From Callorhinchus milii (Eukaryota), in NCBI RefSeq assembly GCF_018977255.1, contig NW_024704746.1:62186001-62250000 (forward strand): DNA of 64,000 bases, read 5' to 3'. Positions 9,001 to 21,000 of the stretch are shown here, one piece after another. Numbering within the stretch: position 1 is the stretch's first letter; every line of letters starts with the position of its first letter. The notes beneath the pieces were generated by a model. That model was not told the origin of the DNA, did not search any database, and saw only the letters and a program-made list of their open reading frames with translations. The translations under genes were made by a program, and so were the position numbers.

Positions 9001-12000
9001 CTTCTCTCAGAGGATTAAACACAATGACAACTTTCTATTTATAAAGCGCCCTTCACGTGAGCTATCGTCCCGGAGCGCTACACAAAGCATAGAAAGTATT
9101 GCAGTGCCACTGCCTATTTCAATTAATGATGTGCGCTCACCTAAATCTGAACCGCGTGATCTACTTTTCGAATTTGTTTCTGCGGACTGTCCCATCTCCG
9201 GCCTTGTGGTAGCTTTCATTCCTGTACAACCCGATGATCTCCCACCATCACCCGCCTCAGGGTATTCTGAAAGGAAATTTACTCACAATGAATCAAGTCT
9301 CACGCACAAACAACTACTTGCAATTGAGTTAAAAAAAAACTGGACAAACACCTCTCTGACGTGTTCGCAATTAAATTGTACATGGCTAAAAATCTACAAT
9401 TAACTGCACTACAAACAGAGCTGCAAATTTTCCAAATGGGTGTATATTTGGATTGATCTTGATTCAAGTGCTCCGAGACACTGCCCCGGTGAAGGGGGCT
9501 ATACAAATGTAAGGTGTTGATTGCAATCCCATTCTCCATTGTGTTGGTTCTTTACTGTTCTCTGAAAATAGTGAAATGTTGAGTTCCTTCAATTTCGGGA
9601 TGTTATTGAACTGTTTTTACTGCTTAGTTTGAGAGGAAAATACATTGCATTCCTCAGCTCCTCTTTTGCTGCATTTAATCGCAGCCAGCACCGACAGTAG
9701 GCAACACCACAAGACAAAGGATGCAGCGCTGCAGCCTCTAAAGGCACAAAGTACTATCTCCAGAGAACTTTTACTGCATCTCAACAACAACAAAATTACA
9801 TTTGTAAAGAGCCCCCTTCATGTCAGGAGGACGTCCCAAGGCACTGGACAGACAGAGTTACATACCCAAGCTGGGGGTCAGGGAGGGTGGAGGCCAGTGG
9901 GGGGGAAAGCAGCGAGATCGAAAGCACGGTCGAAAAGGAGGGTCTTGAGACGGGTCTTGAGGGTGGCAAGGGAGGGGCGAGGTGGAGGGACTGTGGGATA
10001 GAGTTCCAGAGGGAGGGGGCAGAGTGGCAGAAGGCCCGCCTGCCAATAGTGGGGCGAGCGAGGTGGGGGATGTGAAGCAGGCCGGAGCCCGCTGAGCGGA
10101 GGAACAGGGTGGAAGGAAGTTAGGAGGTCGGAGAGGTAGGGGGAAGCAAGACCATGGAGGGCTTTGAAGGTGAGGACAAGGATCTTTGTGGAGTCCTGTA
10201 GCTCAGTGGTTAGAGCACTCGCTTTGCAAGTGAGAGACCTGAGTTCAATTCCAGGCAGAGGGCGAAACCTTGGGCAAGTTTCCTTACTCCACACAGAGCC
10301 TAATAATAATCCCTCCAAAACCAAAAAAAAACAATAATAAATTGGTCATTTTCAATCTACGACTGTTTGTGGGACATTGCTGTGCGCAATTGGCTGCCGC
10401 GTTCGCCCACAAATATACAGTCAATTCACTTTACAGTGTGTTCTGTGAAGCGCTTTGGGACGTCCTCCCGACGTGAAAAGCGCTATATCAAATGCAAGGA
10501 TTATTATTATTATTATTGAACTGTATCCTCTGTGTGATGGGAAGTCAGTGGAGTCGGCAAGGATGGGGGTGATAGGGTCATGGAGCCTAGTGAAGGAGAG
10601 GACATGGGCTGCAGGGTTCTGGATGATCTGCGGCCTATGGAGGGAGGGGTTGGGGAGGCCGACAAGCAATGAGTTTGCATAGTCGAGCCTCGATGTAATG
10701 AAACGTGTAATAGGGTTTCGGCGGCCTGCGGTGTGAGACAGTGGCGGAGCCGGGCGACATTGTGGAGGTCAAGGAAGGCAGAACGGGTCATGGCGCAGAT
10801 GTGGGGTAGAAAGGGATAGTTGAGGGTCAAACAAGACCCCAAGGTTCCGGACTGGCTTAGCGAGGTGGAGTTGTAATAATATCTCAAGGCAATAATGGAA
10901 GACACCAAAATAAAGATTGACACTTCCAGAGACCTCGGGTATTATTTTATTCAGGTCAATAACTCTCAACCTATTTCTGCTGGCCAGAGAAATTTACAGC
11001 ACAGAAGGCTTTTTCAGCCCATCGTGTTTGTGTTGGCTTCTGAAAGAGCAATCCATTTACCTGCCTTCCCCCACCCCCCACTGCCCTGCAAATTATTTCT
11101 TTCTAGATATCCATCTGGTTTCCTCTTGAATGCTAACGTGGACTCAACCTCAACCACAGCACTTAGCAGGATCCAAAATAAAGTGTTGTGTTTCACATCT
11201 TGTAAATTGCATAGAGTTGGCCTTTGTTAATCCAGCAATACAGGTAATGAGTATGTAGTCAGAGGAAGTTTAGAATGTACATTCTTCTCAAACTGGAGAG
11301 ACAGAGGAGCGGAACAGCAACTTCATTAACATCCTGAACCAGATGAAAGTCAACATTTGAAATTATTAACGAAAGAAGAGCCAATCCAACCAGAAGCCAG
11401 GTGACAACATCCAAACTGTACAGAGCAATGACCTCTCCAGAATGCACCAAGAGCAATAACCTTCCAGAACAATCATTTCAGATCAGTGTTAGAAAATAGT
11501 TCAATCCAGGATCAGGATTCATGTCCCTCCATTTTCAAATCCCCACGATCACTGCAATAGCCTTGGCTTTGAAAGGTCATATTTACACAATGTGGAATTT
11601 AAAAAGCTGCTGATTGTTCCATCTCACATGGGTGAAAACTGGATGCAGGAATCACGTCCCATTTATTTTCAGATGATTTGTAAAGCTTAGTTATCCAGTC
11701 AGCAGTTTTATGGGTTTAATCTCAAGGAAAACAGCTGGACAAAACCTTCAGCCATTTGATGTCCAGGTGTTCCTATCGGAATGTGCAGGCATCGGAACAG
11801 ACAGACAGCTCGGCAATAAGTACACTTAAGATATTAAAGGCGTCAACTGAAATCTATTTTCAAAATAATTGTAAGAACTAAATCTCAGGGCTGTTTGGAT
11901 TACATGAACATTCTTTTGTAAGCCCTGAAACTCTTTGTAAGTTGATATTTCCTCTCTGCCATACAGGAGTGCACCAGAATCATAACAAGGGATTGAGCAG

Positions 12001-15000
12001 CTGAAGCTGCTTAAATCAAATGTCTTAACAGTTTAAACCAGTACATTTATCAGCAAAATTTCAAATGAAATCTAGCAACAAGACCTAAGTAAGAACATGT
12101 AAATGAAACACTTTTTTCCCCCCTTTCAGCTGGAACCATAGCAGCACTGGCAATGTTTGACTTGCTGTATAGATGCAGATTCATTCCCCAAGTGCCTGTG
12201 AATGAAAAATCTGACCTCAAGGAGAAACATCGCAATACAGTAATTTAAGAACAAACATACTCACCATTTCTTTGAATTCTGGGATTTTTCAGACTCTGTT
12301 AAAACGGAAACATGAACGTTAACATTTAAAATGATCTAACACGTGAACTATAAATAAATACTGCATTCGAATCATCTATGTATGGCATGGCACTGATGCG
12401 TGATAACATTACCTTGCTCCTCACCATCTTTGGATGCTCAACAGATTGCGTTTGCTGGAACCCACTCCATTCTGCAGATCTCCTGGCATTAACTGGGTTA
12501 GCAGAGGAGTCTATGGACATTTTCAAAACAAGGTTATGATTAATGTTTGATGAAATTTTACATTTTTAAAATTATAATTAGTAACAAAATTAATTACAAT
12601 ACAAATTTACATGTGTACAGCACCTTTCATGTCCGAAGGACGCCCAAGGTGCTGGACAGTCAGAGATTTGGACCTGAAGCGGGGGGGTGGAGGACAGTGA
12701 GGGTAGGAAGATGGTCGAAGGCACAGTCAAAAAGGAGGGTCTTGAGACGTGCCTCAAAGGAGGCAAAGAAGGGAAAGAGGCAAAGGGAATGTGTGATGGG
12801 AGTTCCAAAGGGTGGGGCAGAGAGGCTGAAGGCCCGATCACTGATGGCGGGGCGGGCAGGGGGCGTGGAGCAGGCTGAGCGGAGGGAGAGGACAGGTTGA
12901 TAAGGGATTAGCAGGAGTGTTCCAATAATTTGCGCTACAAATAGTGGCGAACAGAATCTTTATGTAATATACAATGACCATCACTCGCTGGTATCAAGTG
13001 ACCATTGCAATCTGCCGACCATGATCACAGCACAATCATTAATCCCTCGGTGTAAAATATCACACAGAGCATAGCCATCAGCATCTGACAGGACATGTCT
13101 TGCTGCCAAAACAAGCTGATTCAAATGATGAGAAAATAGATACGTGGAGCGAATATGAAGTCCATTATAAATAAAACAGTGTTCAAACTTGACACAATTT
13201 GAGACAAGGGAGTTTCTCCAGGTGTCCTGGCCAAAAATCCTTCAGATTAATTGGTCTCTCATCAATACAGCTTTGTTGGAGCAAACTTCTGCCACATTTG
13301 CCTAGAAAAACAGGCACTACACTTAACATCAAGTACTTATGAACAGTCTTGAGATGTTTCAACGCAATAAGGTGCTAAATAAATGAATCTCTTATTATGC
13401 AATAGCACTGCACAGGTGGAGACAGGACATAGTTGGCGAGTGACAAATTTATGTGTGTTAACAAAGCAACACCAATCACATAGTTCCCATCAAATTCCTA
13501 AAATATTTTACTTGTGCATCATTCATTCACTGATTAATATTCCAAAAATAACTCTATGCTGCACAAGATTTAATTGGATTAAAAACAATCAATACAAACA
13601 GGGGCACAATGGTGAAAACTGGCTCAGTTTGGGCTTTCGAACTGCTGAACTGTTTAACAAAATATCAACTGTTTCTGCTAGTAGGGAGTTTCCGTGGCTG
13701 ATATCCTTGGAACGTATTTATTACATTTAGGCTCCACTACCCAACTCCCTGCTTGTCGGGCTTCCCAACTCTTCCCTTGTTCTTTTTTTTTTAAAAAAAA
13801 CTTATTTCACACTGTTTTAGAGACAATACTGCCACACTTCAGAGTCCATGTTTGCCTACATAATAGTCACTATAGTTAACTCTTCCTGCTGAGTCAAAGG
13901 TCAAGTGTAAGTCCCACATCAGGATCAGAGTTCAGTCTGTGTTTACACTCCAATGTTGACAGCTGAATGTCTGTTGCAATGGCAAAGTGCCATCTTTCAG
14001 ATGGGATGTTAAATTCATAACCTGTCCGCTTGTTCTTGGGGTGGACATTATTGATCCCATGCATTATTAGTAAAGAGAAGGGAGTTGTTCTTATTGACTT
14101 GGGCAAACAGTCCTCCAGATAAATTGGTTGTTCTCCTCATGGCTGTTTACAAAATGACTGTTACATTACCTACACAAATATCCTCACAGTTAACAGTAAT
14201 TACTGTAAGGCACTTTTGCGATATTGCAATGTGGTATAGCATTTAAATAAGTTCAAGTTTTCCTTCTTTCTAATTCACTGTGTGATGTACTGTGCTGTGG
14301 GCCATGGAGACATTTTAATATCGTATTGCATCAAATGGAAGTATATTTTGAATGACTGATCAATGCCACATTATTGCCAATAGGTGCCAGTAGACCAAAC
14401 GCATTACAAATGCGTTTCAGTACTAGATTGTCACCACAAGGTGACACTGTGCAGCACCGAACACCGAGGTCCGCTGTGCAGCTCCACTCAAAGCCAAATG
14501 GAACAAAAGCACAACTTATATCAGTTTACAAATTCGTCAGTGTTACCTGATGGCAAGAATCAGATGCTCTCGCATTTGCTGGACAGCCGAGCTTTCAATT
14601 TTGTACAGGTTCTGGACAGTAGACTAGAATTTTTTCCATCTCTAAACATCTTCAGAAGGCAGGTTTGGAAGAAAAGGGCCATTTAAGCTAGTCTTTCCAG
14701 AATACCAACCTTCTGCCTTCCAATCTCTCCCTTACACTATCAAACAGTTCTTGAATGAGAGCAATCCCCTGCAATCTCCTGGTTAGAGCACTCGCTTTGC
14801 AAGCGAGAGACCTGAGTTCAATTCCAGGCAGAGGGCGAAACCTTGGGCAAGTTTCCTTACTCCACACAGAGCCTAATAATAATCCCTCCAAACCCAAAAT
14901 CAATAATAAAAATTGGTCATTTTCAATCTACGACTGTTTGTGGACATTGCTGTGCGCAATTGGCTGCCGCGTTCGCCCACAAATATACAGTCAATTCACT

Positions 15001-18000
15001 TTACAGTGTGTTCTGTGAAGCGCGTTGGGATGTCCTCCCGACATGAAAAGCGCTATATCAAATGCAAGGATTATTATTATTATTATCTCATTCCAGCTGT
15101 TTACTACCCTCTAGGTAAATATAATAAGGTGGTATAAAAATGGAATCGCTTACTGTGCAATACCCCTGCACAGATGGGAACAGGTTAGTGATAAATTTAC
15201 ATGTCTTAACATTAAGCAACTGTGTCTGCCTAAAATTGTTCTTCACAACCCTAAACCCTTGACCTGCTGCCTCCTTGAATGATGTGCAAGTATTTCTCTG
15301 CATATACTTTCTCTACCCATTGGGCATGTTGTAAAGGTAGCTTCCTGAGAAAGTCTTCTTTCAAGGCCGAAGAGCATTAACTTATCCAGCCGTTCCTCAC
15401 AATTCATTCCTCTAACATGGGGAGTTGGCTTTGTTGCTCTTCACTGCCTCTTGAGTTTTACTTGGACCTAAAAACATGTTAAAACATCTGGGGGTTGGAG
15501 ATCTTAAACTCTGCCTAGTTTAAAAAATAAATAATTATTACATGCACAACATTTATATTTCACTTTCTGCCAAAACAATTTAAGCCACTAACACCACCAA
15601 AACTGTTAAACAGCAAGATCACAATTCTCTTCTCCATTTGCAGCACTTGGAAGCAATACAAAGTTCACCACTAAGCAGTACGAATCAAGGTTCACCCCAA
15701 CACAAAAGGTTTATTTTCAATAAACCACCAATCCCAAATTACAACTGTGCTACAAGAAAATTACATTTGTAAAGCGCCTTTCACATCGGGAGGACGTCCC
15801 AAGGCGCTAGCTAGACAGTCAGTGTTTCGGACCCGAGCTGGGGGTCGGGATCGGGGAAGGTGGAGGACAGGTGGGGTGAAAGGAGGGTGATCGAAAAACA
15901 CGGTTGAAGAGGAGGGTTTTGAGAGAGGCGAGGGCGAGACAGAGTGACTGCGGGATGGAGTTCCAGAGGGTGGGGGCAGAGTGGCAGAAGGCCCCCCGCC
16001 AATGGTAGGGCGGGCGAGGTAGGGGACATGAAGCAGGCCTGAGCCCGCTGAGCGGAGGGAGCGAGCAGGTTAGTAGGGGGTTAGGAGGTCGCAGAGGTAG
16101 GGGGGAGCAAGACCATGGAGGGCTTTGAAGGTGAGGACCAGGTTCTTGAACTGTATCCTCTGTGTGATGGGAAGCCGGTGGAGTCGGGTGAGTATGGGGT
16201 TGATAGGGTCACGGAGCGATTTCAATTGATTTAGGTGGAAACTAGTTAGTATGGAATGATGGCATTTTGTTTAACCCTCAACTCCTTCAAACCTTTCACC
16301 CAGGCATTGACTAAGTCTGCTTTCTTCCATCAGCAATGTCACAGATCTCTACCTCACAGCCTCCTCAGCTCTGCCCTCTACAATCTCCATATTATATACT
16401 CTACAGCTCGCTTTCTCTCCTGCACAGCCCATCACCTCCCTCCCCCCATCCTTACCTAGCTCCACATCCCCAGAGGATCAACTTGAAGATCGTCATTGTT
16501 ACTTTCAAATGAATCAATGGCATTGTCCCACTCTCATTACATCCACAATTGCCTGCTATCCTGGTCCCCACCTACCCTCTCAGTCAGCTCTGACCTCCTC
16601 CATCCACTCTGCTCCATCATTGACAAGTAAATATTCAGCCACCTTGACCCCCAATCTTCTAAAATTGTTCTTCCTGGCCCCCTACCTCTCTCTCTTAGCT
16701 CTCGTTTCCACTCAAGACTTGTAAAAGCACTTTGAGGTTCTCCGACATTAAAGGTGCTAAAGTGCAAATTGTTTTTTTAAAAAACTTTGTATTCAGGCAG
16801 ACATTACAAGTGACAATGTAGTAAGGTTCTGCAGTGCGAGTCAAACAAACATTGTGAAACCCTGTTAACACAGCCTCATTTAGCACAGGTCTGCTTACAA
16901 GTGTGGGTGTACTGTAGTCATGCACTATACAGGAAGCACAATATATCTGATTTAATTGTTGATTAACCAGCTTCCTGCACTAAAAAATGGCCACCTTTAG
17001 AGTCATCAGGTCATGCTGGCATCATTTCCTGTGTACTGGAAGCATGACTAATGCCATTTCCTGTGTACTGCCAACTGCAAGTTTGCCATTTTTTGTGCTT
17101 TGTTTTAACAAGTGTGGGGTCTGACTTTACAAATCCAGTTCACTGCCTGGGAACAAAATTGTCCTGCAATTGTGAAATGACCTGAAACTGTCCTCCAAAT
17201 ATCAGGGAAAATAATTCAAACTTATAATAATAATAATCCTTGCATTTGATATAGCGCTTTCACGTCGGGAGGACGTCCCAAAGCGCTTCACAGAACACAC
17301 TGTAAAGTGAATTGACTGTATATTTGTGGGCGAATGCGGCAGCCACCTGCGCACAGCAATGTCCCACAAACAGTCATAGATTGAAAATGACCAATTTTTA
17401 TTATTGTTTTTTGGAGGGATTATTATTAGGCTCTGTGTGGAGTAAGGAAACTTGCCCAAGGTTTCGCCCTGTCTGGAATTGAACTCAGGTCTCTCACTTG
17501 CAAAGCGAGTGCTCTAACCACTGAGCTACAGGACTCCACAAAAAAAATGTTGAATGAAAACATTTTTAAATAACCACAGTGTGGGTTCTGGGAACTTTTC
17601 TGTGGCCGATTGTTTTACAAAAATAAGACTCCCATTTATAGAAACACTTGAGGGGAATGCGAAGCTTGGTAAGTAGCATGGATCCTGTAGCTTAGTGGTT
17701 AGAGCACTCGCCTCACAAGCGAGGGGACCTGGGTTCGATTCCTAGGTAGGGCGAAATGTTGGGCAAGTTTCCTTACTCCACACATCTCTGTTTACCTAGC
17801 AGTAAGTAGGAACCCGGTTGTTAGTCGATTGTTGGATCACTTTTCCGGGGATGATAATCCCTTCATCAAAAAAATAAAAATAATAATTTGGTCACTCAAT
17901 CCACGACTGTTTGTGGGACACTGCTGTGCGCAATTGGCTGTCACGTTTCACCCACAAAATATTGTCAATTCACTTTACAGTATATTCTGTGAAGCTCTTT

Positions 18001-21000
18001 AAGATGTCTCGAACGTGTGATAAGGTGTGTGCTATATCAAATGCAAGGTTTATTATTTATTATCATTAAGTAATATAATGAATGAAAGTGAGATCTTACC
18101 AGGTTCGCTTGCCACAACAAAAGATTCAGGAGTTCTTTCTGGCAAAGGTGGTGGATTATCTTCTTTATCCCCAGAATCTTAAAAAAAAGAAACTTTTTTT
18201 TAATAATTATTTTCACATTTATTCCCTTCCTGAAACCTTCGAGCTATTGAGCTTTTGACAAACTAATTTGGGGTATGGAATTCTTTACTGTTTCCAATTG
18301 ATAATCAGAAATAATAATAATGCTTGCTTTTGATATAGCGCCTTATCATTGAGACGTCTCAAAGCACTTCACAGAATATACTGTAAAGTGAATTGATTGT
18401 ATATTTTATGGGCAAAACATGGCAGCCAACTGCACACAACAGTGTCCTACAAACAGTCGTGGATTGAGCGACCAAATTTCTTTTTTTAAAAGTAATTATT
18501 AGCCCCAGAAAAGCAATCTGCCAATCAACTAACGAGAGGCGTGTGGAGTAAGGAAACTTGCCTAAGGTTTCGCCCTGTTTTATCAAATGCAAGGATTATT
18601 ATTATAAGTGTTTTAAATTACCAAATCAATGTTTACTAATGTCAGAATATCAATTTATTAAAAAAAAGTATCTGTTTGTAACTTCTTGTTGTTGGTATTT
18701 GATAATACAAAATTATAACCTGCAGTTAAAACTCCCTATGTCAACCCTATCAAAACCTTTCATCATTTTAAAGACCTCTATCAGGTCACCCCTTACCCTC
18801 CTCTTTTCAAAAGAAGAGTCCAAGTATGTTCAGCCTTTCCTGATAGGTATAACCTCTCAGGTCTGGGATCATTCTTGTGAATCTCCTTTGCACCCTTTCC
18901 AGTGCCTCCACATCCCTTCTATAACGTAGGGACAAGAACTGCACACAGTATTCTCAGTGTGGTCTAACCACGGTTCTATAGCAGTTTACCATGACTTCCC
19001 TGCTTCTCATTTCTATTCCTCTAGAAATTAACCCCAATGTCTGGTTTGCTTTTTTATGGCCTTATTAACCCGGGTTGCTACTTTTAGTGAATTGTGTATG
19101 TGTACCCCTAGGTCCCTTTGCTTCTCTACTCCATTTAGGTTTTTACTTTCCAGGATGTATGTGACTTCCTTATTCCTTCTACCAAAATGTACCACCTCAC
19201 ACGTTTCTGCATTGAAATGATTTTGCCATTTAAATGCCCACTCTCTCAAACACGGCCAGAACTATATTTTAATAAAATAAATCCTCTTATTATGTTTCGT
19301 ATACTGTTCAGTACCTAACACAGAGACACTCTTTAAAAGCAACTGTCATGAATCGGGTTCAGACTATCTTATCTCAATTGAATGCCCTTAGTAGGCTCTG
19401 GACAGTGTGCAGCATTCAGACCCAAGCTGGGGTCAGGGCAGGAGAAGGGAGGGGAAGGGGAGTGACCAATGGCATGGTCAAAGAGGAAGGTTTTGAGGTG
19501 GGACTTGAAGGAGGCTAAGGAGGGGTTGAGGCGGAGTGATTGGGAGATGGAATTCCAGAGTTTGGGGGTAGAGTGGCTGAAGGCTCTCCCGCCAAAGGCA
19601 CTATATGAAATGCAAGGATTATTATTATCATTTGCGAATCCAGTCAGATTGCATGTTCAACGATGCATACTGAATAACAATTAAGCTAGGAGGTTAAATT
19701 TACAACAGTCTTACAACCTCTTAGGGGTCAAATAGCAAAGATGATTTCCCCCAATGTCAGCTCATCTTATTTGGGTTGAATCTATCCCTGAAACAATGGA
19801 TTCTTTCAATAAAGAGCAAACATTTTCTTGGACAGGAAAAGCACGTGATCATGAGCATTCCATCGTGACTGATTCAAGTCAGGCATCGTACATCAGTGTC
19901 CAGGGTGGATAAAACAAATAGCAAAACTATGCCTTCCAACCCTTCCAACATTCTGGGACACATTTTGATGGAGAACTGGAGACACCACTCATTATGCTGG
20001 AGTGTCGGTGAAGGTAGCCAAGTTATTCGATTCTTGGCTTCACCACCAACTGGGAGAGCAGGCGTGAGGACAACTCTGTAGGAAAAAAAGCTCCCATTTC
20101 AAACTGATCTGAAAGTCAATCCTCAGCCTATAGTTGAGGTTTCCTGGCAATGGATTTGTGGTGTTTGAAGCGGTTGATCCTATCATTTGTTCAGAGCTGC
20201 TCTAAGATGCACAGAGATGTTTCTGGACCATGATGTAGGTCAACCTTTAGGCAGCTGAGGGCCAGATGCCCCATTTGAGAAACGTCAGCATATTTTTGTG
20301 TTTCTCTTCCAGAAACATTATATTTACAGGTTATGGAGGGAGAAGGTGGGCCAGATGAAATGGAGATGGAGTGGGGGGGGGGGGGGGGGCAATGAAATCA
20401 ACCTAACGTTGGCTAAGTAGCCAATCAAAGATCTCAGTCCTGATAAATAGTTGCGTTGTTCCTAAAAAAATAAATCTGATTAAACTTACAATATTTTGCT
20501 TCATTTAAAGGGGCAGTACTTTGAACAAAAGCACTCCCATTCTCTAGACTTAAACTCCTCTTTAACTTTTGTATAGGTACTTCCTTTGTAAGCAAGCAAA
20601 GAAAAAATCCTCCATTAATAAAAGAGTTTGCTTCATAAGTTTAATTAATGAAATAAGAATCTTTAAATATCAATTTTAAAAATCTGCCTAGTGGGATGAC
20701 TGAGTCTGTCTGATCACTGTATACTCTAAGCTCCTATTCTAGTTATGAATATAATTGTAGAAGCTATTTATGGTTTATTCAAATCTTTCCCTCAAAAAAT
20801 ACAATACACGATGGGACCCATTAAATGGCTAAGTACAAAAATAGAAACCTAAGAATTTACAAGCAATGTGAAACATTGCAGGGAATTTTCTCTTATTCAT
20901 GATTGTTTAACAAGCAAAGCAGATGATACAAAATGGCTTTAAATATAGAACTTGTCACGTAAGCACATACTGATAGTTAACATAAATGTATTGTTTGCAG

